A stretch of 64,000 nucleotides of DNA from assembly GCF_964355755.1 (NCBI RefSeq), contig NC_092671.1, positions 16,306,001-16,370,000 on the forward strand, in the 5' to 3' direction. The stretch is from Antedon mediterranea (lineage: Eukaryota > Animalia > Echinodermata). The notes beneath the pieces were generated by a model. It saw nothing but the letters and a program-made list of their open reading frames with translations, was not told the DNA's origin and did not search any database. The position numbers and the translations under genes were made by a program. Positions 11,647 through 25,637 of this stretch are shown in pieces; the stretch's first letter is position 1; each line of letters begins with the position of its first letter.

Positions 11647-13454
11647 CGTCCTATTTAACGATGGTTAAGATGTAGGCCTACTTTTTTTGTGACTACGAAA
11701 AAAACCTATTGAACGAGTTTTAGGTGTAAGATAAGAACGACGGTGATTTTATTCTCATATAGGCCTAGAATAGATTTTCTTGCTTAGAAATAAACGTACT
11801 GTTATGATTGTGAATTGAAAAAGCGTGACGAACATTACCTTATTTGGTATTCTACGCGCAAAGTACACCCTCAGTTTGTTACTTTACGCGGCCTTATCTA
11901 AAACTGTTTTATAGCAATGGTCTAACAGAGATGGCTTTAGTAAGACCTTCTATCTGATAAAGCCGGCTTTAATCGGGGAGTTAAGACCATCAGTTAGACT
12001 GTTTAATAGCAATCCGCCCCAGAGGTGTGTTTATAAAATCCAAATAAATATAATATTTAATATTATTATGAAAAAAAACAAAATATAGATAATTGTTATG
12101 CAATGTAAATATATTACACAAAAAAACAAATAGATATTAGCTGTGTCAATGTGAATCAATATGTAGGCCTACCCTTTATTCAATCTTATTTAATTGACAT
12201 GAATCCATTTAGGTCTATTTATATAAAACAAGTAATGAATGTTTATAATCTTCGCCTCGTGGAAATATAACCTTTCATCATTCACCGAACAATATTCCAC
12301 TAAAAAAATTCAATAATTTTTTTAATGAATTTTAAAAAGTTGATATGTTGGCAATTTTCGAGAACAAAAGTCAAAAGTACAGAAAAAAGTATATATTTCA
12401 AAATGTTATAGAATAATATTGCTATAGGCCTATATGACTATATATTTCGTTTTTATTATCATCTAAATTTAAAATGGGTCTATTTTTACAGGGATTATTC
12501 GCAATTCTGGCAAAATGTTAACTTTTCAAGATTTAATTATTATTATGCAATTATATTTATAAATATATTGCTTTATGTTGACCATAAATCGCGATATCAC
12601 CTTATAGACCCAAATATTTTGCTATTTAATAAAAACTCTGTAGGCAAAACATGGATAAAAAAAAAATTGGCCAATAATATACTGTATTGCGTTATTATCT
12701 TTTTTACTAGATTCATACAATAGTAATGTTATGTCAGAAAATAAAACGAAATTTGCAAATTTTTTTTTAAATGGTCAAAAAATGGCCCTTCCATATTCAA
12801 TTACACTATGCAATAATATTGCTACATATAACCAAACATACTGTATCAGAAGCGATGCTGTACCTTAATTTATAATATGACTGAATGTAAACATTTTAAA
12901 AATAAATATTTCAGTATTTCTATTTTTAAAACTTATTTTTATGAAACAACAAGTCTTTAGAAGATAGATTATTACTGAGAAAGAGAAAGGGCAAACTACT
13001 ACTACAGATGATTTTTTTATTTCCATATTGTTTTTCAAACAATTAATATATTATTTACAATTTCAAATTTTAACTACATAAGTAATTAATTTCAAGACAG
13101 GACAATATACATTGAATTGGTTGTTCAACCACATTAAGTATACTAACTGATAACTCTTAGTTTTTTTGCACATTTCATTTTTCTTTCTGTCGAATTTCAA
13201 CACGTCAATAAACTAATAAAATCGCTAATTCGTTACTATTACATTAGCTATTACAGAGGCCAGATAAACTAATCAATTAAACCACATATAATGTAATCCA
13301 TGAACCTACCATTATAAGCAGACCAGAATTCGCCCATTAGGAACACACATCAGCTGTTGGAACTTAACAAACCAACAATTATACACAAATCAACCAACCA
13401 ACTTTTCTTCCGATAAATCAATCATTCTACACGTGCACACCAAATCGACCTTTT

Positions 13455-14300
13455 TCTACACATACTCCATTTTATTGTTCTACCCACATACACCATTCAA
13501 TTGTTCTATCTACATACCATTCTACAGTTGTATCCACATACACCATTCTATTGTTCTATCCACATACCATTCTACAGTTGTATCCACATACACCATTCTA
13601 TTGTTCTATCTACATACCATTCTACAGTTGTATCCACATACACCATTCTATTGTTCTATCCACATACCATTCTACAGTTGTATCCACATACACCATTCTA
13701 TTGTTCTATCCACATACCATTCTACAGTTGTATCCACATACACCATTCTATTGTTCTATCTACATACCATTCTACAGTTGTATCCACATACACCATTCTA
13801 TTGTTCTATCCACATACCATTCTACAGTTGTATCCACATACACCATTCTATTGTTCTATCCACATACCATTCTACAGTTGTATCCACATACACCATTCTA
13901 TTGTTCTATCCACATACTATTCTACAGTTGTATCCACATACACCATTCTATTGTTCTATCCACATACCATCATACAGTTGTATCCACATACACCATTCTA
14001 TTGTTCTATCCACATACCATTCTACAGTTGTATCCACATACACCATTCTATTGTTCTATCCACATACCATTCTACAGTTGTATCCACATACACCATTCTA
14101 TTGTTCTATCCACATACCATTCTACAGTTGTATCCACATACACCATTCTATTGTTCTATCCACATACCATTCTACAGTTGTATCCACATACACCATTCTA
14201 TTGTTCTATCTACATACCATTCTACAGTTGTATCCACATACACCATTATATTGTTATTCAACAGTTTTATCCACATACACCATCCTACAGTTCTTTCCAC
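13455..14300. repeat. 50-bp minisatellite, 15 near-identical copies (13481-14230) plus decayed flanks
   Basis: Unit tatccacatacaccattctattgttctatccacataccattctacagttg, itself a dimer of related 26- and 24-bp subunits. Confidence 0.98.
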
Positions 14301-16461
14301 ATATTCGCAAACCAGCTTTTCTATTCACAAACACCATAAATTAAGTCATGTCAAAAGTAATATTTATTTCATAATACAATATAATAATTTGATTAAACTA
14401 AGAAAAGTAAAATCTCCAAAAAGCTTGTGAGAGGCAGCAGCGGCCCACAAAACAATCAACTATTCCACACATGTGTGACACATACTAACCACTCTACCTA
14501 CAAAATCGATCATTTAATGCACAACCTAACCAATCATCCAACTAATAATTTTTTTTTTTAATTTCTTTTAAATTTACTGCAATAGGCCTATAACACTTCG
14601 TTTGAAGAGACAGAAACATGACGGTGATTTGTTTTGTTTTTTAAATACAATTTTAATATTCACAAGAAATGATGCAATCAATGGAAAATGTCCTTAAAAA
14701 AAAATATTAATCCATAGAAAATTATGGGTTTATATTGTCCTGAAGCAAGGTGAATATAAATAAATTATTAACACATTAACTGAAAAATTTATTCTAATAA
14801 GTTTAATATAAAATGCAATTTCAGTTAATATACGGCAATCGTACTTTCAAATGTCTTCTTAATTCCAATTTGATTTCATAAATGTTTGTTAACAAAAAGA
14901 AAAATGAAATTAGCAAAAAAAAATAACATCGTACTTTATACAGAGTAAAAATGTATATCGGTACGGATGTTGTACACGCTTCTAATTTAGATGTGTCTGA
15001 TAGAATCTGTGCTAATCTGTGAATGTTTAAATTGTATCAAATACTTGCCACTGGTTATATCGAACGAATGTTTTTTAACAACATTTTGACAATGATTTAC
15101 ACAGCAATACGTTTGCTATTAGATTTATCAATATTGCTTTTAATTAAATTTACAGCTCAGAGAAGAAAAAGAGGCATGTCTGTAAGAAGAAGAAAATAAA
15201 TAGGCACGATGTACACTCCAGTAGCAGGCACTAAAATACAGCAGAATTTACATAAATTGGAATACCATTTTGTGTATTACGTATATCTGTTCGCTACCCA
15301 TCAACATTTGTTTTTCTAAGTGGGTCAACCAATCTAGAAATTAATAAAATATTATCATAAAAATAGTCATATTGAAATGCTTAAATGTAAACATTGCTTT
15401 GATTAAATTAGGACTACTATTGTTGAAAATACGCAGAAAAACATTGTTAATAATAATTATTATTATATTGAGGTTAATAATATTGCGCCATTATTATAAC
15501 CTTGCATTATTACTGAAAGTGCATATTGCATGTGAGTGCTGAGCGAGCAGAGTCCTCCTAAAAACACAAACCGAATAATGGAGTATGAAGTGTACAGTCG
15601 TCACTATCAATATATTTCACACGCACTGAGCAGAAGCCGTAAACTTAGGAAAGTCATCTTAGGCCAATGTTTTTTAGTCAAACAATGAACTTTCGGATCT
15701 GACAAGCAATGATGCGTGACAGTAAGAAGCATCAATGCAAAACTTACCTAAAATAACTACTCTCTCTATCAATTTGAATCTGGTAACTCAGTTTTCTAAT
15801 AGTCTATTATTGGCATTGTCCTTACATCGTGTCCATACATCTTTAAAAAAAATGAAAGTATAACAACTTTGAACGCAATACGACATTGTATAAAAGTGAA
15901 TTGTACAGTCGTCGTATACTTTTATTGACATTATACACTAAAACTGAATTGAAGACCAATAATTGTATGTTATGCTCATGTGTACCTGTATTAGGTTCGT
16001 ACAATATGTTGGACTACTTTTAGGCGCACCTTTAGTGACTTTCTTAGTATCATGAGTTTAACTTTACATATAAACATTTTATAGCGGTATATAATTTGTT
16101 AAATGATGTTTCTGGTTGAGAAATAATTGGACCTGGTAAAGGTGTTGTGTCTGTGATTACCTATACTTTGAATGCAATTTGCAAATAATATTTAATAAAC
16201 AAAATTATGGTGACAACTCGTAAAAACATTTAGAAAGTACTTTGACGCTGTGACCGAAAATTTAAAGCACACATCCAGCTAAGTTATTAGGAATTACAAG
16301 AGGAAAACAAATTCATTAACAAAGTTGTTCTCTGAAAATCGGACGATATACTTTCTCCGGTGCTTAGGCCTATACAACAGAAGACAACTGCATAAATGCG
16401 ATTGCGCTATGCGTGAATAGTTATAAGAAATTGTTACGTAATAACAGAATAAAATACGATC

Positions 16462-17850
16462 GTGCCGTGTTCCCATTGTTCACTGTCTAGCTGTAGAGAT
16501 GGGAGCAGTGTATAATGGTGTGTTCCTATTGTTCACTGTTGGTACAGATGGGATCAGTGTATGTTGGTGTGTTCACATTGGTCACTGTTGGTACAGATGG
16601 GATCAGTGTATGATGGTGTGTTCCCTTGGAAACTGTTGGTACAGATAGGATCAGTGTATGATGGCGTGTTCCCTTGATAAATGTTGGTACATATGGGATC
16701 AGTGTATGATGGCAGGTTCCCTTGGTCACTGTTGGTACATATAGGATCAGTGTATAATGGCGTGTTCCTATTGTCCACTTTGTTGGTACAGATGGGAAGC
16801 AGTGTATGATGGCGTGTTCGCATTGTTCACTGTTGGTACAGATGGGCTCAATGTATAATGGTGTGTTCGCATTGTTCACTGTTGGTACAGATGGGATCTG
16901 TGTATGATGGTGTGTTTCCATTGTTCACGGTTGGTATAGATGGGGGATCGGTGTATGATGGCAGGTTTCCTTTGTCACTTTTGGTACAGATGAGATCAGT
17001 GTATAATGGCGTGTTCCCATTGTCCACTCTCTTGGTACAGATGGGAAGCAGTGTATGTTGGTGTGTTCGCATTGTTCACTGTTGGTACAGATGGGATCAG
17101 TGTATGTTGGTGTGTTCACATTGGTCACTGTTGGTACAGATGGGATCAGTGTATGATGGTGTGTTCCCTTGGAAACTGTTGGTACAGATAGGATCAGTGT
17201 ATGATGGCGTGTTCCCTTGATAAATGTTGGTACATATGGGATCAGTGTATGATGGCAGGTTCCCTTGGTCACTGTTGGTACATATAGGATCAGTGTATAA
17301 TGGCGTGTTCCTATTGTCCACTTTGTTGGTACAGATGGGAAGCAGTGTATGATGGCGTGTTCGCATTGTTCACTGTTGGTACAGATGGGCTCAATGTATA
17401 ATGGTGTGTTCGCATTGTTCACTGTTGGTACAGATGGGATCTGTGTATGATGGTGTGTTTCCATTGTTCACGGTTGGTATAGATGGGGGATCGGTGTATG
17501 ATGGCAGGTTTCTTTTGTCACTTTTGGTACAGATGAGATCAGTGTATAATGGCGTGTTCCCATTGTCCACTCTCTTGGTACAGATGGGAAGCAGTGTATG
17601 TTGGTGTGTTCGCATTGTTCACTGTTGGTACAGATGGGATCCGTGTATGATGGTGTGTTTCCATTGTTCACTGTTGGTACAGATTGGATCATTGTATGAT
17701 GGCGTGTTCCCATTGTTCACTGTTGGTACAGCTGTGATCAGAGTATGATGGCGTGTTCCCATTTTTCACTATAGGTTCAGATGGGATCAGTGTATGATGG
17801 CGTGTTCCCTTGTCCACTCTGTTGTTACAGATGGGATCAGTGTTTGATAC
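16462..17850. repeat. ~49-bp minisatellite, ~28 copies, with a 543-bp (~11-mer) higher-order duplication
   Basis: Unit cattgttcactgttggtacagatgggatcagtgtatgatggtgtgttcc. The variant series recurs at a 543-bp offset (identical ORF translations 16554-16823 and 17097-17366). Confidence 0.97.
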
Positions 17851-20800
17851 ACTTGTAACGGATCATCGTTGATGTTAATAAAGTACGATCGATTTAATGT
17901 GTTTTCATTACGGTAATAATATATAAAACTTTCGGAAAGTACTCACGTCTATTATTCTCAAGAAGGCAATTGATTGAACCTGAAACATCGTCTATCATTA
18001 TAGCATCACAGTAATGTAATACTTACGTTTAACTTCTGGTTCATTTATTGATTGATCTTCACCAAAAAGAAAACCTATAACAACTTCCATCATGCACATT
18101 TTGCTTTCTGCTTGTGAAGGCAATTGCTGATCTGTATAAGAAATAAAATATGAATACATTAGATTAAAAAAATTAAAGAAGGAATATACTTTGATGTCAC
18201 GATAATGAGGTTAGGGTAGTATGCTATACTCTTCCACCTATTCAACCAATGCTGTCATTAGTGTGACTGCCCTAAGCCTGCTCAAGGTAGGTTCGAGAAC
18301 TTCCATCCAAGAATATCTTCAAGAATTGTTCCAGCCAACTGTGGTACAAATTAAACATAACTCTGGTTGATATAGAAGGTGCAACCCCATACTACAGTTT
18401 GGCCTTTCTGTGGTGAACTCTTTATGTTACTTGTTACTAATAAACATTCTACATTTGTGAACACTAAAATGAAACAAGTTATTGCTTGTTATTTTTTAAT
18501 TAGGGTTATTCATTCCATTCATTCAATACTAACCAAAAAATCTTTTCCCTATCATTCCTCGAAAGGAATGTTTTCTCTGATTCCTTTTGTCTTCTTTGTC
18601 CTTGCCCTCTACAAAGACATAACATGTAAAAATTGGTGGAAAGGAATAAGAAAGAAATTGACGTCATACGGAGTTATTGTAACGATTTTAAATCTACACT
18701 GTCGGGTCGGGTATTGTGCACTTTGAAAGTTCTCTTAACCAACATTTGTGTATGATTTACGTTATATTTATAGTTTCTATTATGTATCTTTTCATGCCTC
18801 AAACACATATTGGTGTATTTTATTTATGTTCAGCAATCTATTTTGTTCCGGTATCAATCATATCCTTATAACTATTATTTACAGCGGTAAGTATTTAAGT
18901 TAATTAGTGAAATTCTACCATTTATCAAAACACATTTAGACTGCAAAAACTGTGTATTAAAAGTCACTGAGAACATTTCCCAAGGCAAGAGTCTAAAAGG
19001 CAATATTCAAAATTGAACAAACTACACGCTCGGAAACATAAGTGCTATCACCATACTTCATTTTTACACATTAGATCATTTATACTTATTGCCTTAAGTG
19101 AAGTCACCTTAATTTTTCCAACTTAAAGACAATATATAAATGATATATAATGTCATCATAAATGCTTTGACGTCATCGATGCGACTATATATCGCAGTTA
19201 GAGTACTTTTTTAAAATCACTTTTGCTGAAAATTAAATAAAAAATAAATAAAATAAAAGCATGGGTTTGTGCTAAATCTAATACAGTAGACACCAATCAA
19301 ATTGAAAATCAAATTCATTGAAGTCGAATTTTATTTCAATGGTGAAACCCATTTCATGGATTTTATATTTAAAAAAGTGTGAAAGCCTTCCAAATAAAAG
19401 AAATTTATGAGAATTCAGGGGATTTTTCAGCAGGCTAAGCACATTTTTAAAACAACAGTACAAAATTAATAATATTGTTTTTAGATTGATTGAATAAACT
19501 GCATATTGGTCTATAAATAGTATTTTTTTTAAACAGATATGATAAAGATGTGTACTAGCGTTATCTGTTTTCAATTTGTCATCACATCCGAAAGATTAAA
19601 ATAATTTATCAATCTTATCTTTATTTATAAAAAGAATTATCTTTATATTCGGATTTAAGAAGACGGAACACGGGCAATAAACAGCAATAATAATTCCAAA
19701 ATGCGATACACTGAGGCTGTAATTGAACCTTAATGACATTGTAACGCCAACGGGGTTGTCAATTTGTCAATAGTATAAAAATAGACGCAAAGTAGCTACT
19801 TGAAAAACATAGTGTCGTACACATCTTCTAACGTAATTGGGTGACTGTACTAATGGTATGCGAAGGCGTTTGACCTCCTGGGTCATAGCATTTTTGGATT
19901 TTTTTGGAAACTTAACTGGTCCTTTAAAAAAAATACAATTGCCCTGACTTTGAAGATAATCCCAAGGTCTTAGATATCATAAACCACTCAATTTATTAAC
20001 GGTAAAAAAAAGTATTATACGATACTACTGTATTATGAAACAACATTTATGTTTTGCTGTCCTTGCTACAGCTGTTGTATACACTAATCACATTTCCCCC
20101 ATTACTCTCGTCTCGATACTATTCTGCGCATATTCCTTAGGTTTTTTAGCGTGTGAAGAACATCTTTTACTTTTAGACTCGATAGATGTGTGTCTTATTT
20201 GTGTTACTAATACTACTAGATACGTCATCACCGCTGTAGTAATACTATTTAATGCTGCGTATGTAACATTCTTTAATGGTTGGTTTACCGTGTGATTGGT
20301 CTCGTTTCAGATCTGTCATGAGAACTGCCTTCTTTCGCCACCCATAATCACTTAATATGTTATTGCGGTATAAACTATCTTCTGACACTTCTGAAATGAA
20401 AACAAAGATTATTGACTTTAATCCTGGGAATTTACTGATTTTAGTCCTATTTTGTGACAAATGTAAAAGGTCAAAGGTTACAACAAATCATTGACTTATG
20501 AATATTCAAATAGCATTTCATTTAGTGAGTGAAGATAAATGAGATAAATTATTAACCAAAATACATTTTTCAGTACAAAACAAGACAAGAGACATACATA
20601 TATTGTGTAATACAATAAATACCGTACAGTATTGACGATGTATGCTCTAAATTTGGATAATTGTGGATTATAAGTAGCTCGTTTATGGTGTTCAGATCGT
20701 TTACTTACTCTTTTCCGTAAGAATAGGAACGCAATTAAATTCTTAATGAAGGATAGTTTTAGCTGACACTTCGTAAAAAGGGATTTGCTGGATAAATTAT

Positions 20801-21741
20801 TAAATCTCATAGAGATTAAGCGCATTGTTTAATGTAATATGACGGATAAGGTGGATTATGGACCTAAGCAGACTACAACACTGAATCTATCATCAGTGCA
20901 TCTAGTACAGTGTACTAAGATCCTAATTAGAATTTGGTGTTAATGAAATGCATAACATTTCTTGACAAACATGGAAAAACATGAGATTGATGATAATTCA
21001 GAGCCGAATTTAACTTTTAACTTTCAACCTTCTTCCATCAATAACAAAAATAGAATTTTCCCCTTTTCTTTGTTTAAATTAATTTTGTAATTATAAATGT
21101 TAATTTTGTCGTTTATTTATCTACTTTCTTTATAAAGAAAATAAAAGAAGTTGTCATTGTCATTGTCATAATCATTTAATTCAAGAAAAATGTATGGGAA
21201 CAAGATTATACTAGAAATGAGAGTTAAAATGGTATAGGCCTAAACATTTCATTAAGCAGAAAACATCATCAAAAATTAGTAACATTAACGTTTTTTTAAA
21301 GTTAGCAATTGATGTACAGCTTTTGACTAAATTTAGAATAACATTGTTTTGATATATTGAATGTTTGATGAAGCATTTGATGTTGAGTGTTAATACATTT
21401 GCCAGAAGACTTGTTTAAGTGTTGCTTTTAACATGCCAGCGAGTTGATGCATAGTCAGGATAGTTTTGGATGATACAGCAAGGTGACATTCAGGAATATA
21501 TGGTTAATTAAATAGTCTTTTGTACTATTGTATGTTTTTTTTTTAAAGTCGTAAGCAACATCTTTTTACTTCTTATTTTTGTAGGATAGGATAGACAGAT
21601 GTCTTTTTCGCTCGAGCTCCTGTGAATTATGTTATGAAGAGCTCTCGTATCTTCAAAGTACTAGAGAACGGAGTGGTGTAAATGATTCTGCTGTTTCTTT
21701 CTTTTGTTGGTATCTTGGGATATTTAATGAATCATTTTGTG

Positions 21742-21796
21742 TGTAAAGCGCTTAGAAACATTAGTATAAGACTACCATTATTATTATTATTGTTAT
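21742..21796 (+). mobile_element. 3' tail of an L2/CR1-group LINE or partner SINE
   Basis: tgtaaagcgcttagaaac...followed by (att)n, resembling the L2 3' terminus. Confidence 0.5.
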
Positions 21797-22128
21797 TTTA
21801 ATTTAAAATTAAAATTGAATTTACAAAGACAACAACAAAAAACAGGTCCAGTTATATTAATCATAAATACCCTGTAGGCCTATAAATAATATTTTTCCTC
21901 ATTGTGTATTTTACTTTTGACGGTTTTCATCTTAAAACTTTATAAATGAATATATTATTTAAGACTAAACTTCTTAATATTGAGCATAGTTATATGCAAA
22001 TGTGCTGCATGTGTTTTAAAGTTAATGAATTTAAGATTTTATATTGTTGACATTTTTATATTATATTTGCATGATATATTTTTATCTTCAAGTGCTACTA
22101 ATTGGGAAAAGAGGAACACTATTTCTTA

Positions 22129-22260
22129 AGCTCTGTTTACACTATCAAACTTTATGTGACAACAAAAATGATGTGCCTATATTTGGACACAATGACGTCA
22201 TATCACTACCGCACATTACACTTTTTTTTGTCAAACTAGTTTGATAGTGTAGGTAAAGCT
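22129..22260 (+). mobile_element. PIF/Harbinger-type MITE (family H), copy 1
   Basis: TIR agctctgtttacactatcaaact...agtttgatagtgtaggtaaagct, flanked by TTA on both sides (22126-22128, 22261-22263). Confidence 0.88.
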
Positions 22261-24371
22261 TTAGCATAATACGTATTAAGTTCCTTTCTCTTGCCAACTC
22301 ACTTCCAAGACTTTGTTGGTTTTCTTTTTCAATGGCAATAAAGAATAAATAAGAATTTGCTTAGACGTGATTAATTCTACGTAAAATATTCTAAATTCAA
22401 TAGATGTTTTTATTTTTTCCCCAACTAATACATGCATACGCCTACAACTCAAATAACAAAATCAAATTACATTACCTGGTTCGTCTAAAAATCCCTCGTA
22501 TGATTTTTCTGGAGTCACCTGTAATGGAATATATCTTTATCAGTGTAATAACGATTGACACCTCCTAAATGTTCTAAACGAGAGTAGGTTGTTCTGATCA
22601 GTTTTGTTTTCTTACCAATTTTGCTTGTTCCTATTCACCTGCAAAATGCTAGGTAATCAAAACATTACAACTGTATATAACATCCTCAAGAACCCGGCCA
22701 CATGCGTTCTTTATTATTGAAACAATTTGTATTCAATATAATCTTAGGACGAATACTAAAATAATATTAATTTAAGAGAGCTTTAATGAAATAAAGATAT
22801 TAAATTAGTTCATAGATGATTGTCACTACACATCAATCATACAGGGAAGTGGATACAAATCGTATAACATAAAATTTTTTTTTTTAAACGCTGATACTTG
22901 CGGAGGACACATATGCATACAGTTGATGCGATTTTTGAAACATGTTTTAAAGTATACACTGCATTCTGACGTTACTAACTAAGTGTACATGTTTGTTATA
23001 AGATAATGGGTTAATCAGCTTAATCTTTGAAATGTAATTAAATGATATTATTTTTCTGAAAAAAATGCTATTTTTGTGATGAAAATGATACTTTAAGGCT
23101 ATATGTGTCTTGAAATAATTGTCTATATCTTTAATGCAGTATTATTATTGCAAAATATTTGACTATTAAATAATGACAATGCTTGTATTGTATGGATAAA
23201 TTATACGTCACTAACAAAAAGAGAAACATTGATGACGTAGGCTACTTAAAAATATATAAAACAACTAAAAATAAAACATTATCTATACCTGATGTTATAA
23301 TGTTTGTTCAACAAAACCAGGTCAAAATACAGTAGATGACACCTTGTCTCATTCATTAAAAAAAATCGATTCTGCCTGAAATCGATTGGCTAGATACTTA
23401 TTGTAATTTTAATTTTAAATGAATTACAACTTTTTATAAAGTTGTAATTATAAGTATATTTTATTGATTGTTTGTTAATAAAAATACGAAATTTCACAAA
23501 AAAATATGAAATTTGTTTTAAAAAAATACAGCAAATTAAGTTATTTTTACAATTTTTCGGAGGTTTTCCAAAAAGCATGAACAATTTATTATGACAAAAT
23601 AGGTAATAATTAGGTGATAATTTCATTTGAATTTGTGTAGTGTTTCATAAAGACTACATCCGTACCATCATGGAGAAATAATATTTCTCCATGGTACCAT
23701 GCAACGTAAATACCTTTCCCTTTCCATAGAGTGAAAACCGAACGTTCGATAAGATTTATCACCAATTTCTTTTCAATTCTTGGTAGTATCCCTGACCCGA
23801 GTGCACCCGTATTTGTAAATAATGTATTTTTATATTAATTATGTTTTTTAAAGATGTATATTTTTACCTATATTTTTATACGTACAATTTATAAATATTT
23901 TCATAATTATTTTTTTTAAACTTCTATTTTAAATGTTTTATTTTAGATTGCAATAAACTTTCCTCCTATCGTATCGTATGCAACATTAATACATTCATGA
24001 TCCGTTACTTTAATACAGAAGGAGTCGTATCCGATTTCGGTTTAACGGTATTTTGGAAAATTAAATCATGGAAAACAATCATGTTTTTACTCCATGATAA
24101 ATGAGAAATGAGTGTACTGCATTACAAATCAAATATGGCAATACTGTTTGGTAGATGATAATATTTAAGGCTGAATTGTATATGATCGTCGCATAGACGA
24201 TGCTTATACTTAAACTAGTCCATATTATAGTCTTGAGTCATAACTTAACTACCCGATTCTCAATGCTGTATCTATAAAATATATTATTATATAATAAAAT
24301 AGGGGTTCTTCTAACTGTAACACAAATTAGGCTATCACAAATTCCTTTCAAACTCAGAATCCGATGACTAA

Positions 24372-24520
24372 AGCTCTGTCTATACTATCAAACTAGTTTG
24401 ACAAAAGAAGTGTGATGTCCCTAAATATAGTATTGATGTGCCCAAAAATGGTAGTGATATGACATCATCATGTCCATATATGGGCACATCACATATTTTT
24501 TTGATAGTATAGACAGAGCT
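24372..24520 (-). mobile_element. MITE family H, copy 2 (opposite orientation)
   Basis: agctctgtctatactatcaa...ttgatagtatagacagagct. TAA on the left; the right TSD is not preserved. Confidence 0.85.
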
Positions 24521-25544
24521 GTTATACGTAATTGATGACGTAACATGCGTAAAGAAAAAAATTACAGTATTAATTTCTTACTTGCTATATGATATCTAAA
24601 GTACCGTAAAAGCATATTTTATATCTGAATTAAATAGTCTACGTTCAATGGGAGTAAAGTTATAGCCTTAATTATACTTATATAATCGAATTTATAAGGA
24701 GCATCGTAAGTAAAATCCGATTTCAAACAATGACGTGATTAATGAAGCGTACGCTAAACCGAGATTCATCTTCTTTTACAATTTTATTTCACATATGGAT
24801 CATCAGTACATTATTTGTCAATGATTATGCTTATATTTCTGTAATGAATGTAAATTTTTATAGAAATTATAATTGACCTGACATTGACATTTCAAAAGAA
24901 ACCCAGAATAATGTTGTCATTAATGTACCATCAATAAGCGAACTTTTACTTATTAAACAGCCGTTTAAATGGGTTACAATTATTGTTGTCAGCAATGCAC
25001 TACAAATTAATAATTAATTATTGTTTAGTTTATCGTGTGTTGTTTGTATAGGTTTATTAATAGTAGACAAGATAGCTATTTCATTACAAAATCGACACAA
25101 TTAATCAATATGGTGTCGAAGATATTTGAAAAGTGTCCAAGTATTCGTCTCTAAGTGCCTTTATTTGTGATTTGTTTGTTCTCTTTAAAAAAAACATTCC
25201 AGTTTTAATTTATTCTTAGTTTCTTGGAAGGTATCATGTCTATCGAAGCTAAGACAAGTACGTTGGTATAGTAGGGTAAACCATTTATACATATGAGTTC
25301 AATCTATTTTAGTATAATCAGTTTGATTGAACGATAACATAAAGACATTATGGTTGAAAACGATGATATTATATTGTACAAAGACTGGTTTTTATGTTTG
25401 TTTCATTGGAAGAAGAATTGAGAAATTATAGTCACTCCATGTCATATTTCTATAACGTCAGAATCAATGAGTTACTTCTTCACTACCGTTCCTTTGAACA
25501 CTATTCAAGGGATATCCTATTATTATGGGGATGCTTTATTGTTA

Positions 25545-25637
25545 ACACTGCGGCAAACTCCTATTAGAGAAACACTCCTATATTAATTGGAAACTTTGAT
25601 GGCCCTGAAGGTGTCCCCTTATTAGAGGTTCCACTTT
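25545..25637. mobile_element. Decayed Tc1/pogo-type MITE
   Basis: gtgtccccttattagaggttccact is the reverse complement of a CAGTGGAACCTCTAATAAGGGGACAC-type TIR. Related remnants lie at ~32520-32741 and 39349-39420 (tacagtagaactcccattaagagacc). Confidence 0.5.

Noticed and set aside
16526-17748. Cys/Thr-rich repeat proteins (YTDPICTN)
   Set aside because: Monomer lengths of about 49-50 bp do not preserve frame; this is a minisatellite translation.
13455-17850. Common origin of the 50-bp and 49-bp minisatellites in inverted orientation
   Set aside because: Only a short word (caccat..taca) is shared, which is not enough given the low complexity.
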